The notes under the pieces: generated by a model
Databases searched by the model: none
The model's input: the letters and a program-made list of their open reading frames with translations, nothing else
What the model was told of the DNA's origin: nothing
Position numbers and translations under genes: made by a program
Part shown: positions 18,458-28,174 of the stretch, one piece after another
How the letters are laid out: each line of letters opens with the position of its first letter
Position numbering within the stretch: the stretch's first letter is position 1
Source: Chthoniobacter flavus
GTDB taxonomy: Bacteria; Verrucomicrobiota; Verrucomicrobiia; Chthoniobacterales; JACTMZ01
Reading direction: 5' to 3'
Assembly (NCBI GenBank): GCA_945870655.1
Contig: CAMBSX010000001.1
Span: 7,363 to 71,362 of the forward strand
DNA length: 64,000 nt

Positions 18458-18913
18458 TCAGGCTTTGCCCCCGAAGGACGCGTAGTCGTCGAGGTCGAGG
18501 AGGTCGAACCAAGTCCCGATGTCGGCCCGTGAGCCGGCCGCAGACTTGTGAATTCCTTGGAATAATTCACGGCTTTCGCTGTCGCTCGGCACGCGGTCTT
18601 CCATGTAACGCGACCACAGGGCGATTTCGTGGGCCCGCCGCTTGGTCCCGGAGTTCTGGCCGACCCAAGCAAGAAGCTCGCCATCGCCCGGACCCGTCTC
18701 GATCTGTTTTTTGAAGGCCTGTGGGTCGATGGCGGTGAACTCGAAAAACTCCATGTCGAGAGGACAAGCGTAGTTGAACTCACCGTTGGTGCCTGCGCCG
18801 AGCGCGCGTCCCTTGTCGATGATGCGCGGCAGGAGAGCGAAGCCGCCGAGGCGGCAGCGCACGCTGCGTGGAGGGCGTTGGGTCAAGTCGGTGGGTGGAA
18901 TGGTACCGCTCAT
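18458..18913 (-). CDS. DUF5069-like protein (function unknown)
   Basis: 151 aa. DLTQRPPRSVRCRLGGFALLPRIIDKGRA...GEFNYACPLDMEFFEFTAIDPQAF matches my memory of the DUF5069 N-terminal pattern. It stops 2 nt before the pdxJ start. Confidence 0.55.
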   Translation of the reverse strand: MSGTIPPTDLTQRPPRSVRCRLGGFALLPRIIDKGRALGAGTNGEFNYACPLDMEFFEFTAIDPQAFKKQIETGPGDGELLAWVGQNSGTKRRAHEIALWSRYMEDRVPSDSESRELFQGIHKSAAGSRADIGTWFDLLDLDDYASFGGKA

Positions 18914-18943
18914 GCCTTGATCGTATTTTGCGGTGTGGCGTGG

Positions 18944-20395
18944 TCAAGCGGGCAGGTCGGCGACCAAAGAGGGAAAGCGGCACCGGGCGCACTCGCCATG
19001 ATCGGGGAGACAGAAATCGGCGTAGATCTGGAGCAAGCCTTGGTGGACGAAAAGTCGCTTAAGGAGGCCGCGGGGCAGCGTTCCACCGAAGAGCCGAGCG
19101 GAGACAATATTCAACGTGGCGTTGGCGGGTCCAGCGGAGAGATCGTGCCACGGTAGCTCCTTGCCGCGGGACAGGGCGAGGGGCAGTGCAACATTGGCGT
19201 AGATCTCACGCACGCGGTCCGGGCCGAGCAGGGCCAGCGGGCTCGTGCGCCGGGGGCTGGCCCAGGAGGTGTGGAAGGACCAGAACGGGTGCTGGAGAGA
19301 ACCAAGGGTTTTTTGGAGGTGCCCGGGGTCACCCGATTCGAGAGCGGCCCGCACGTTTTTCCACCCCCGCGCGATGGCGGCGAGCGCAGCGAGGCGTCGC
19401 AGGGGATGGTTGGCCGGTCGAACTCCGCCGAGTTTCCAAGTGCTCCGCGGCAGGATGGCATGGGTGCGGGAGGCCCGCAGCTTCCACCACTTGGACCAAA
19501 GCGCGGCAACCTCTTGGCGGGCGGTCCCCGATGGGGGCTCCGGCTTTTCAAGAAAGCCGGCCATCCCGAAAAGCAATGCTTCGCCGCGGGTAGAGCCAGC
19601 CATTTTTGGCGGCACCCGCTGGGCGAGCAGTTGGAAGGGCAGCTTGTTGTTCTTGTAACCAAGGGTGATGGCCAGTGCTTCAAAAAGTGCGGCGTCCACC
19701 CCGCGGGCGGCCGTCAGGGCGGCGAGGACGGCCCCTTTGCGCCTCAGGCGGCGATGTGAGGCGACGGCGAGAAGAGCGGACAACTGGTCCAGGGTGAGGG
19801 CACGCAGCGGCGCGGCACAACGTCCGGGGCGGGCGGGGGCGGCGGAATCCCACTCGGGGGCAGTCTCTGGATGGTCGGCAAGGCAAATTTGCGCGACCTC
19901 ACGGTGGTGGAGCGTTCGCGAAAAGTGGCGTTGGCCCGGACGGTCCACGACGACGTGGAGAACAACCTCCGCGTAATCGGGGTTGACGGCGTGATGGTGC
20001 TGTTCCCAACCGGATGCCGCGAGGTCGACCTCAATCGCGCCGTGGAGTTCGCGTCCATCCAGTCGCACGGTGGCACGGACAAAGTCCGGACCTGCCTCGC
20101 GGTTCCATTCCCCGAAGTCAATGATGACAGCCTGTGCCCCGGTGGTCGTGGTAAAGGCACGGCCGCAGGCCCCGGAAAACCAGCGGGCTTGCCAGGCAAG
20201 TTCGTTCTTGGCGGATGGCGGGCTCTCGGCCACGCGGGCCTCGCCGGCGTGCAATGCTTGTTCGTAAGCGCAGGCCAGGGGGGAGTTCATGGCTTTGTCG
20301 GCCGATCGGGTGATCACGGGAGGAATGAATTCCCGGTCGGGTGCGTCTGGTGCGGCCGGCAGACGAAGGCCCGTGTCCTTGGTCTGCTTCGTCAC
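18944..20395 (-). CDS. DUF2851-family protein (function unknown)
   Basis: WNREAGPDFVRATVRLDGRELHGAIEVDLAASGWEQHHHAVNPDYAEVVLHVVVD resembles the conserved DUF2851 core (GPDF...G.VEIH...S.W..H.H..D..Y..VILHVV). The GTG start at 20395 overlaps the upstream stop. An alternative ATG lies at 20290. Confidence 0.6.
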   Translation of the reverse strand: MTKQTKDTGLRLPAAPDAPDREFIPPVITRSADKAMNSPLACAYEQALHAGEARVAESPPSAKNELAWQARWFSGACGRAFTTTTGAQAVIIDFGEWNREAGPDFVRATVRLDGRELHGAIEVDLAASGWEQHHHAVNPDYAEVVLHVVVDRPGQRHFSRTLHHREVAQICLADHPETAPEWDSAAPARPGRCAAPLRALTLDQLSALLAVASHRRLRRKGAVLAALTAARGVDAALFEALAITLGYKNNKLPFQLLAQRVPPKMAGSTRGEALLFGMAGFLEKPEPPSGTARQEVAALWSKWWKLRASRTHAILPRSTWKLGGVRPANHPLRRLAALAAIARGWKNVRAALESGDPGHLQKTLGSLQHPFWSFHTSWASPRRTSPLALLGPDRVREIYANVALPLALSRGKELPWHDLSAGPANATLNIVSARLFGGTLPRGLLKRLFVHQGLLQIYADFCLPDHGECARCRFPSLVADLPA

Positions 20396-22017
20396 GGTTT
20401 TTTGGGAGTGGGGGACGGGGTTGGTGGAGGCGGCGCGATTTCGTTACGAATGTCGGTGAGAAGCTTCGCGCGGTCGGGTGGCTGGATTCGCCGCAAAGAA
20501 CGGTCGATGAGTTTGAGCGCAGCGGTCTTATCGGCGAGCGCTTGCATGATGCGTAAGCGCTCGACGAGGGTACGGAAGGATTGGGCCGGATCTTTGTAGA
20601 GTGTGCCGGCCAACTCGAGTGATTTGAGCGCGGCGCGCGGCTCATTGTGGAAACTCTGGAGCATAGCGAGGGCTTCGTAATTGAGTCCGGTCGGGTTCTC
20701 TTTGGCGAGGCCCTCGAGGTAGAGCGCCTGCATGGGCCCCGAGCGGGTGCCTCGGCGCAATTGCTTGCCCAGGGAAAGCCATGGTGCGGTGGTCGGGTCC
20801 GGTTCACGCAGCCAGCCGCTGGATTGTGCCTCGGCAAAAGGCCGGTAGAGGGGGTCCCCGATCACCGTGGTCATCCAGGATAAAACCTTGAAGGACATGT
20901 AGGCGCTCTCGGCCAGGGTGAAGCCTTGGAGGAGTCTCTCGTTGAAGACGTCGAGGTGCGGGGTGAGATCAAGATAGGGCTCGTAAACATTGCCAAGGGT
21001 GGCGGCGGCCCCCCGGGTGATGAGCGGGGCGGCCCAGTTCGCGTTGGGATCGCGAAGGGTGCCGGCACTGAAGGAATGGATATGCACGGCGACCGCACCC
21101 GGGACGAATTGTGGAGCGCTCATCGCCCCACCGACCGTCCAAGCATACCAGCCGTAATAAAGTGCCGCGTCGGTCACGGGGAAGCCGGCAGGAAAAATGG
21201 CGGGAGTATTGTCGAGGTTGACCGGAATCCCATGGTTCCAACACTCAGCGGCGGCCTGGCGCAGCCATTCGTCGCCTTCGCGGTAGGGGCTTTCGGCGAT
21301 GCTCCTCCGATCGATGTAGGCCCAACCATGGAGACCGGCGCGTTCGGCCAAAAGAGTGTCGTCAATCATGCGACGCACGGCGTCGGCCGTGGGGGCATCG
21401 AGCCGAGCGACGAGAAGGAGTCCGTGGGGGATCGAGGAATCGAGGATGGGCGAGAAGCGCCGGAAGTAGGGGTTCGGGAGGATGCCGAAATGCTCGTTTT
21501 CGAAGGTACCGAGCACGGCAAGCTCGGAATCGACCGCGGCCTCATCGTGGCTGCGAACCGGATCCCCGCCATAAGGGCGGGGGGGAGGAGTGGCGTCGGG
21601 AACCGGCGCCGGGATTGTCGTGGCAATCTTCAAAGGTATGCCGCGCATCAGAGCGATGAAGCGGATGCTCCCGCCGGTAACTTCAGGCTTTCCTCCGGGA
21701 ATTTTTCGTACAGACCACCATCCCTTGCGTTCCAACAGGCTGCGCAGGGGTTTTTCGATGGTCTCGGTGAATTGGCGGCGGGTGATTTCTTCCTCCAGCG
21801 GACAGTCGAGGCCGATGACTTGATCCGGGGGTATACGTCGCCGCTCCGCATAGTATTCGGCCAGCCCGCGCGATTCCGGATCGCGGGTGTTGAAGACAAC
21901 AAGCGTGGCCTCGGCTTCGCGGGTGGGACGAACGAGATTGTCGTCGGCCCGCGCTCCGGCCAGGAAGGTCGAAAGGGCGACGAAGGCGGCGCTAAATCTC
22001 AATGCGCAGGCCGTCAT
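20392..22017 (-). CDS. TIGR03790-like secreted protein with C-terminal helical (TPR-like) extension, function unknown
   Basis: It has a signal peptide (MTACALRFSAAFVALSTFLAGARA). LVVFNTRDPESRGLAEYYAERRRIPPDQVIGL and a later GDPLYRPF resemble the TIGR03790 family as I recall it. The assignment was not computed. Confidence 0.5.
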   Translation of the reverse strand: MTACALRFSAAFVALSTFLAGARADDNLVRPTREAEATLVVFNTRDPESRGLAEYYAERRRIPPDQVIGLDCPLEEEITRRQFTETIEKPLRSLLERKGWWSVRKIPGGKPEVTGGSIRFIALMRGIPLKIATTIPAPVPDATPPPRPYGGDPVRSHDEAAVDSELAVLGTFENEHFGILPNPYFRRFSPILDSSIPHGLLLVARLDAPTADAVRRMIDDTLLAERAGLHGWAYIDRRSIAESPYREGDEWLRQAAAECWNHGIPVNLDNTPAIFPAGFPVTDAALYYGWYAWTVGGAMSAPQFVPGAVAVHIHSFSAGTLRDPNANWAAPLITRGAAATLGNVYEPYLDLTPHLDVFNERLLQGFTLAESAYMSFKVLSWMTTVIGDPLYRPFAEAQSSGWLREPDPTTAPWLSLGKQLRRGTRSGPMQALYLEGLAKENPTGLNYEALAMLQSFHNEPRAALKSLELAGTLYKDPAQSFRTLVERLRIMQALADKTAALKLIDRSLRRIQPPDRAKLLTDIRNEIAPPPPTPSPTPKKP

Positions 22018-22773
22018 GGGCGAGGCGAACGTGGGACGGAAGGAGTTTTTCCGTCTCCTCGTGTCCGAGGTCGTGTCCGATGTGGGTGAAATAGGCCCGC
22101 CCTGCGGAGGTGACGGTGGCGACCTCGAGGGCTTCGCTCAGCGAAAGGTGACTCGGGTGGGATTCGTGGCGCAGGGCATCGATGATGAGGACGGGGATGC
22201 CAAGAATCTGGGCGATGACAGCGGGAGGAACGTGATGGCAATCGCTGAAATAAGCCGCGAGTTTCCGGCCGCCCCGCGCAAAGATGTAACCGTAAACAAG
22301 TATTTTCCCGTGGGGAACCTCGGCCGGGATGATTTCCACGCTGCCGATTTCGAAAGGTGCAGTGATTTCGTGCGGTTCGGGGCGGACGTAATTGCGGAAG
22401 GAATGCTGGCCGTCGAATGCATAGTAAAAGACGCGCCGCAAATCCGCCATGGTATGCGGCGAGGCGTAGACGGGCATGGGCCGGTCGGCCAATTCACAAA
22501 AGCGGCGGAGGTCATCGAACCCCGCGACATGGTCGGTGTGGGAGTGGGTGAAGATGGCGGCGTCGAGTCGCCGAAGGTTGTGCCGCAGAGCCTGGGCCCG
22601 GAGATCGGGGGTGGTGTCGACCAGAAAAGTGACGTCTTCGGCCTCGACCAGGATGGACGAACGGAGGCGCTTGTCGCGGGAATCGGTTGAACGGCAGACC
22701 GCACAATCGCAGGCCACGAACGGAACGCCTTGGGAGGTTCCGGTACCGAGAAAGGTGATCGAAAGTTCGGCCA
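21992..22773 (-). CDS. MBL-fold metallo-hydrolase (PhnP/GPA-like)
   Basis: ORF 21992..23176 trimmed to ATG 22773 (MAELSITFLGTGTSQGVPFVACDCAVCRS ... FTHSHTDHVAGFDDL ...). The upstream part of the ORF is antisense of recN. An alternative ATG lies at 22797. Confidence 0.8.
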
Positions 22774-22808
22774 TGACTTGAAACCGCCAGACTTGCATAA
22801 TCCTGCCC

Positions 22809-24485
22809 GTGCTCGCAACGCTTGCATCCTTGAGAATCAGAAACCTGGCCCTGGTCGAGGACCTCGCGTGGCAGCCGGGTCGGGGACTGGTGGCCATCAC
22901 GGGGGAGACCGGCGCAGGCAAGTCGCTTCTCATCGGGGCGCTGCAGTTGCTGCTGGGAGAGCGCGCCGACAAGTCGCTTATCCGTGCCGGCTCGGAGGCT
23001 TGTACGGTCGAGGCGGCGTTCGAACTGGCCGATTCGAAGCAAATCGATGCGTGGTTGGAAGAGCAAGGGACGGAGCCGTGCTCCGACGGGCAGCTTTTGC
23101 TCAAACGCTCGCTTCCGGTCGAAGGCTCCGGCCGGCAATTTGTCAACGGTTCGCCGTGTACGCTCACCGTGCTCAAGGCGCTCGGTGACCAACTGGTCGA
23201 TCTGCATGGGCCGCACGACCACCAGTCTCTTTTCCGGCGCGAAGACCAGACGCGGGTCTTGGATGCTTATGCCGGCGCGGCGGTGATGGCCGGCGATTTC
23301 GCCGCTGCGTACCGCGAAACGAAACGACTGGCCGGCGAGATCGAGCATTTGCGTGCTCTCGAGGAGGATGCCGCACTGCGTCGCGAGATGCTGGCCCACG
23401 CCGCGCGGGAAATCGCGGAGGCCAAGCTTCGTCCCGGCGAGGAGGAGGACGTTCTTTCGCGGCTGCGCGCCGCGGGAAATAGTCAGCGTTTGCTTGAGTT
23501 AAGCAGCCAGCTGGAGACGGCTCTCGGGACGGAGGGGGAGGGCGGCGTTCGTCAGGCTCTGGCCGAAGCGGTCCGCGCGGCCCGGGAGTTGGCCAGACTG
23601 GACGAGTCTGCCGGTGCCTTGAACGAGGCGCTGGGCGACGTGGCGGTGCGCATCGGGGACCTGGAGAGAGAGGTGCGAAGTTATGCCGAGACGATCGACT
23701 CGGATCCGGGCAGTTTACGCGCCTTGGAGGCACGGGCTGATCTTTTGCAGTCTTTGAAGCGCAAATACGGGGGTACCATCGAAGAGATCATGGCGCGAGG
23801 TGAGCAGGCCGCGCAGGATCTCGAGGACCTTGAGACGCGAGGGGAAAAAATCGCCGCACTGGAGAAGGATGCGACCGCCGCTGCGACCAAGGAAGCAAAG
23901 CTGGCCAAGGCGCTTTCGGCTGCCCGGGCCAAGGCGGCACCTGCCTTGGCCAAGGCGGTCACCTCGGAGTTGCGGGAGTTGGGATTTCTCCGGGCCGGAT
24001 TCGGGGTCCGACTGGAGTCGTTGGTTGAGGCCCGGTCGCAGGGTGGTGAATTGGCCGAATTTCAATTTGCACCCAATCCCGGCGAACCGGCCAAACCGCT
24101 CCGGTCCATCGCCTCCAGCGGCGAGATCTCGCGTGTCATGCTCGCCCTCAAGTCTGTCTTGGCCGGGCAAGATGGTGTTCCTCTCCTTGTTTTTGACGAG
24201 ATTGATGCCAATGTCGGCGGGGAAGTGGCGGTGAAAGTGGGACAGAAAATGCGCGGCCTTGCCTCGGCCCACCAAGTGCTTTGCATCACCCACCTGCCGC
24301 AAGTAGCCGCGGCGGCCCACCGTCAATTCGCTGTGACCAAAGAATATGACGGGAACCGCACATCAACCGGTGTGGGGGAGTTGGTCGGAACGGCGCGGGT
24401 GGCGGAGTTGGCGCGCATGCTGGGCGGACAAGATACGGATTCCGCACTGGCCCACGCCCGCACACTCCTCGCCTCCCAAGGTTGA
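22809..24485 (+). CDS. recN: DNA repair protein RecN
   Basis: The GTG start gives LATLASLRIRNLALVEDL ... ITGETGAGKSLLIGAL (Walker A), a long coiled coil, and C-terminal SGGEISRVMLALK ... LVFDEIDANVGG. Confidence 0.9.
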   Translation: MLATLASLRIRNLALVEDLAWQPGRGLVAITGETGAGKSLLIGALQLLLGERADKSLIRAGSEACTVEAAFELADSKQIDAWLEEQGTEPCSDGQLLLKRSLPVEGSGRQFVNGSPCTLTVLKALGDQLVDLHGPHDHQSLFRREDQTRVLDAYAGAAVMAGDFAAAYRETKRLAGEIEHLRALEEDAALRREMLAHAAREIAEAKLRPGEEEDVLSRLRAAGNSQRLLELSSQLETALGTEGEGGVRQALAEAVRAARELARLDESAGALNEALGDVAVRIGDLEREVRSYAETIDSDPGSLRALEARADLLQSLKRKYGGTIEEIMARGEQAAQDLEDLETRGEKIAALEKDATAAATKEAKLAKALSAARAKAAPALAKAVTSELRELGFLRAGFGVRLESLVEARSQGGELAEFQFAPNPGEPAKPLRSIASSGEISRVMLALKSVLAGQDGVPLLVFDEIDANVGGEVAVKVGQKMRGLASAHQVLCITHLPQVAAAAHRQFAVTKEYDGNRTSTGVGELVGTARVAELARMLGGQDTDSALAHARTLLASQG

Positions 24486-24490
24486 GCGGC

Positions 24491-25675
24491 ATGCGTCTGC
24501 TTTTTTTCAACCGTTCGGCTCTGCCCATGGGTGGGGGTATGAACCGGATGGTCATCGACACCATGCGCCGGCTGCGTTTGGCCGGCCATGAGGTGGCGTT
24601 GGTCCACGGCCGGGGAGCGGGGCAACTCGAGGGTACCGGCTACATTTACGATGATTTGGACCACCGCCTGATGCCACGCGACCTCAACGCGCTCCGTCTT
24701 GAGGCTATTCTCGAGGATTTCTCCCCCGATGTGGTCCAGTTGCACGGCGTAGGCAATACTTTGCTGGATGGCTGGTTGGCCGCGCGCAAACCGACGGTGC
24801 GTTGTGTGCACAATCATGATTTCTACTGCTCGGGACGGCGGCTAACCCTCGAACGTCCGGGTGCACCTTGTTCCCGTGCGCACGGTCGGGCGTGCTGTGC
24901 GGCTCATGTTTTGCGAGGCTGCGGATCGTGGAACCCCGCACTGAACTTTGTCCGCTACCGCACGGTCGGCCGCAGCCTTGCGGCGCTGGCATCACTCCAC
25001 GGTCTGCAAACGGTCAGCGGCACCGTCCGCCGTCAGCTTCTGGCCAATGGTGTTCCGGAGGAAAAGCTGGTCGCCCTGCCTCCGTACGCGCCCCCGCCGC
25101 CTGAATCGCGGCAGGCCCCGATGTCCTCCTGCCGGACGATTCTTCACGTCGGGGGCTTGATCGGACAGAAAGGTGTGTGGATGGTGGTGCGGATGGTGCG
25201 AGATCTTCCCCGGGATGTGCAGTTGGTCTTTGCCGGCGGCGGCCGGGAGCGCGAGATGCTGGAAGCGCACGTGAGGCGTCGCGGGCTGGGTAGTCGCGTT
25301 CGTATCGTCGGTGAACCGACCCCAGACCAGTGGTCTCTGCTTTATCGCGAAGCGAATTTGGTCATCATGCCGGTGCTTTGGAACGAACCACTCGGTCTCG
25401 AGGGGCTCGGCGCCATGGCGCACGGCAAACCGGTGGTAGCTTTTGAGACCGAAGGCATTCGCGAATGGCTGTCCGACGGCGAGACGGGTCTGCTGGTCCC
25501 TTTCGGCGAGCGGCACAGGTTCCGTGACGCGGTCAAGTCGCTGCTCGACGACCCGGAACGGCTGCGCTCGATGGGCGCTTGTGCTCGCGAGGTCTGGCGG
25601 GACAAATTCCGGCCCGAACATCACATTTCGGCTTTGTTGACCCACTACGAAAAATTGAGCAAGGAGGCGGCATGA
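24491..25675 (+). CDS. Glycosyltransferase, family 4 (GT-B fold)
   Basis: The C-terminal GT1/GT4 signature is NEPLGLEGLGAMAHGKPVVAFETEGIREWLSDGETGLLVP. The start is ATG 24491 or TTG 24482 (which overlaps the recN stop). Confidence 0.8.
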   Translation: MRLLFFNRSALPMGGGMNRMVIDTMRRLRLAGHEVALVHGRGAGQLEGTGYIYDDLDHRLMPRDLNALRLEAILEDFSPDVVQLHGVGNTLLDGWLAARKPTVRCVHNHDFYCSGRRLTLERPGAPCSRAHGRACCAAHVLRGCGSWNPALNFVRYRTVGRSLAALASLHGLQTVSGTVRRQLLANGVPEEKLVALPPYAPPPPESRQAPMSSCRTILHVGGLIGQKGVWMVVRMVRDLPRDVQLVFAGGGREREMLEAHVRRRGLGSRVRIVGEPTPDQWSLLYREANLVIMPVLWNEPLGLEGLGAMAHGKPVVAFETEGIREWLSDGETGLLVPFGERHRFRDAVKSLLDDPERLRSMGACAREVWRDKFRPEHHISALLTHYEKLSKEAA

Positions 25676-26814
25676 AACGCGTGCCGGTTGCTCTTCTGGT
25701 CGTCGGGTTGACCATTTTGGCGTCTTGGCTCCAACGTGAGAGCACACGGGGCACTTTCGATTCGGTCCAGCGCGCTTTCCTGTCCTGGTTGGCCGCCAAT
25801 GGTCCCGCCACGAAAATCTTACCGCCCCTCACGCTGGTCCTTTACGACGATGAGGCCTCCGAGATGGCGGGTACGGAACGGATGGCGATGCTCGACGGGG
25901 CGCTCTTTGTGCGGGCGGCATGGAGGCTCGGTGCATCGGGGGCGGGGGTTGAAGGACTGAGCGGCGATCCGACCCGCATGATCGAGGCGGCGGGGCGGAT
26001 GCCGGTCTTCGGCGGTTACGAGCCCGGCGCGGCGCCCGGATCCGGATGGACCCCGTTGAAGGGGGAACCGGGCGCAGAATGGCTGGAGATGTCGGGGTTG
26101 ACCGGTCGTCCGGCCCGATTTGTCCGCGGCTTTCTCGCACCACCCGTGGGGACAGGTGGTGGGGCCAAAACCATCCAAGTAGCGGCTCGAAATGCTGGTC
26201 GGGCTGTACCCTCCTTTCTTGCCCTCGCTTGGGCTGCGGCGCAGGGATGGCGGTGGTCCGAGATCGTGGCCGAGCCCTCCGGCTTACGCGGGCCTTCCGA
26301 TCGGCTTATTTTGGATCCCAGCGGTGCCGTCCAATTCCTCCCCGTGGCATCCGCCCCGAGGGTTCTCACCATGAATGAATTGTTTGTCTTGGCGGAAAAA
26401 TTCGAGCGCGAGGGGGGAACGTCGCCGCTCCGCGGGCAGATTGTGGTTCTCGGACGAGCCACTTCCGAGGTGACCCGGGTGGCGGGCGAAGGAGCAATGA
26501 CTGTCACCCCGGTGGAGCAGTGGGCTGCCGCGTGGGAAGCGGTGCGGACCAACCGCTGTTTTCACTCCCCCGGTTGGTGGTATCCAGTGCTCGTTGTTGC
26601 GGTTGCGTCTTTGCTGGCCCTAGGCCCGGCCCGCCGTTCGAACATGGGCACATTGCTGGCCGGATTCTTCGTCCTGCTGGTCTTCGCCATGGTCGGGCTG
26701 GCTGCTTTTTCTTCCATGCGGGTGGCCCTGCCGGCGGCACTGACCTTGCTGACCTTGGGGGCGGGACTTATGGTTGGCCGGGTTGGGTTCAAAGGGGGCT
26801 GGTTCGGCCCATGA
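25672..26814 (+). CDS. Membrane protein with CHASE2-like topology and no output domain
   Basis: ORF 25579..26814 trimmed to ATG 25672 (ATGA overlap with the GT4 stop). It has one N-terminal TM (VPVALLVVGLTILASWL), a ~300-aa non-hydrophobic region and three C-terminal TMs, and ends ~10 aa after the last TM. LTLVLYDDEASE and GQIVVLGRATS loosely resemble CHASE2 blocks. The family call is tentative. Confidence 0.5.
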   Translation: MKRVPVALLVVGLTILASWLQRESTRGTFDSVQRAFLSWLAANGPATKILPPLTLVLYDDEASEMAGTERMAMLDGALFVRAAWRLGASGAGVEGLSGDPTRMIEAAGRMPVFGGYEPGAAPGSGWTPLKGEPGAEWLEMSGLTGRPARFVRGFLAPPVGTGGGAKTIQVAARNAGRAVPSFLALAWAAAQGWRWSEIVAEPSGLRGPSDRLILDPSGAVQFLPVASAPRVLTMNELFVLAEKFEREGGTSPLRGQIVVLGRATSEVTRVAGEGAMTVTPVEQWAAAWEAVRTNRCFHSPGWWYPVLVVAVASLLALGPARRSNMGTLLAGFFVLLVFAMVGLAAFSSMRVALPAALTLLTLGAGLMVGRVGFKGGWFGP

Positions 26815-26818
26815 CTTC

Positions 26819-28174
26819 ATGAAATTCACCAATCTGACCCGTGCCGAGGAAATCGGGGCGAATTGTTACCTGCTCGAGGCCGCTGGGGTCCGTGTCCTGA
26901 TCGATGCGGGCATGCATCCACGGGAGGCGGGGGCCCTTGCCTCCCCGGACTTTTCCCTTCTCGAGGATCGTGGCTTTGATGCCATGGTGTTGTCCCACGC
27001 GCACCAGGACCACGTGGGTTGCCTTCCTTTGGCCATGCGGCAGGCGCCGGGCGCGCCGGTCTTCATGACCGAGGCGACGGCGGGTTTGTCCGACGTGATG
27101 CTGCACAATTCAGTCAATGTCATGATGCGGCAGCGAGAAGAGTTGGCCGCCCAAGACCTTCCACTTTTCACCCACCGTGAAGTGGAGAAAATGTCCGCGG
27201 ACTGGGAAATGGTACGTCTGGGGGAACGGCTTGACCTCGGGGGTGGTGGCCTGACGGCGGAATTCTGCGACGCGGGGCATATCCTTGGTTCTGCCGGCGT
27301 GCTTTTTGAAGCGGAAGGCCGGCGGATTTTCTACACGGGCGACGTCAACTTCGAGGATCAGACTCTCATGCGCGGGGCCAAGTTCCCCGAGAAAAACATC
27401 GATGTCTTGGTCATGGAAACGACCCGCGGAGACAGTCCTACTCCGCGCGGCATGACACGCCGGACCGAAGAGGACCGCTTTCTCGCCACCTTGCAATCGG
27501 CGCTCGATGAAGGTGGTCCGGTCCTTTTGCCGGTCTTTGCCCTGGGCAAGACCCAGGAGTTGCTGGCGCTGCTCTTCGAGGCGAGGAAACGCGGTGCCTT
27601 GCCGGGGAGCTTCGGCTTGTTCGTCGGTGGCTTGAGCGCGAAGGTCACGGCGGTGACCGATCGCCTGCGCGGTCGTGCTCCGCGGCGCCATGGCGACCTC
27701 AAACTGGCCGAGTGTCTGCCCATGGAGGTGGTGGGCGGCCGTGACATCGCGAATTTGCCGGTGCGTTCGCGCACGATTTACGCGATTTCGAGCGGCATGA
27801 TGACCGAAAACACCCTTTCCAACATTCTCGCCCCGCGAATCCTCGAGGATCCGCGCGCGCACTGCATGTTCATTGGTTATTCCGACCCGAGGTCTCCAGC
27901 CGGCCGCCTCCGTGCCGGTAAAGAAGGGGATGAGGTTCTCCTCGACCCGCGTCACCGGCCGGTGCGCCGGAGGTGCCGGCTTGACGAGTTCACGCTGAGT
28001 GCGCACAGCACGCGCGAGGGCCTGCTCGGATATGTGAAACGCGTGCAGCCAAAAAAGTTGCTTTTGGTGCACGGGGATCCCCCGGCTGTGGCGTGGTTTG
28101 CGCGGGAAGTGCCGAAGGTCAGCCCGCAAACGGAAGTCGTCCTCCCGGCCCCGGGTGTACCGGTGGAGTTGTAG
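26819..28174 (+). CDS. MBL-fold beta-CASP family nuclease (CPSF73/RNase J-like)
   Basis: ORF 26774..28174 trimmed to ATG 26819 (MKFTNLTRAEEIGANCYLLE ... LSHAHQDHVGCLP ... DAGHILGSA ... ETTRGD ... LSAHS ... LVHGD). These are motifs 1-4 plus the A/B/C positions of beta-CASP enzymes. Confidence 0.8.
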   Translation: MKFTNLTRAEEIGANCYLLEAAGVRVLIDAGMHPREAGALASPDFSLLEDRGFDAMVLSHAHQDHVGCLPLAMRQAPGAPVFMTEATAGLSDVMLHNSVNVMMRQREELAAQDLPLFTHREVEKMSADWEMVRLGERLDLGGGGLTAEFCDAGHILGSAGVLFEAEGRRIFYTGDVNFEDQTLMRGAKFPEKNIDVLVMETTRGDSPTPRGMTRRTEEDRFLATLQSALDEGGPVLLPVFALGKTQELLALLFEARKRGALPGSFGLFVGGLSAKVTAVTDRLRGRAPRRHGDLKLAECLPMEVVGGRDIANLPVRSRTIYAISSGMMTENTLSNILAPRILEDPRAHCMFIGYSDPRSPAGRLRAGKEGDEVLLDPRHRPVRRRCRLDEFTLSAHSTREGLLGYVKRVQPKKLLLVHGDPPAVAWFAREVPKVSPQTEVVLPAPGVPVEL

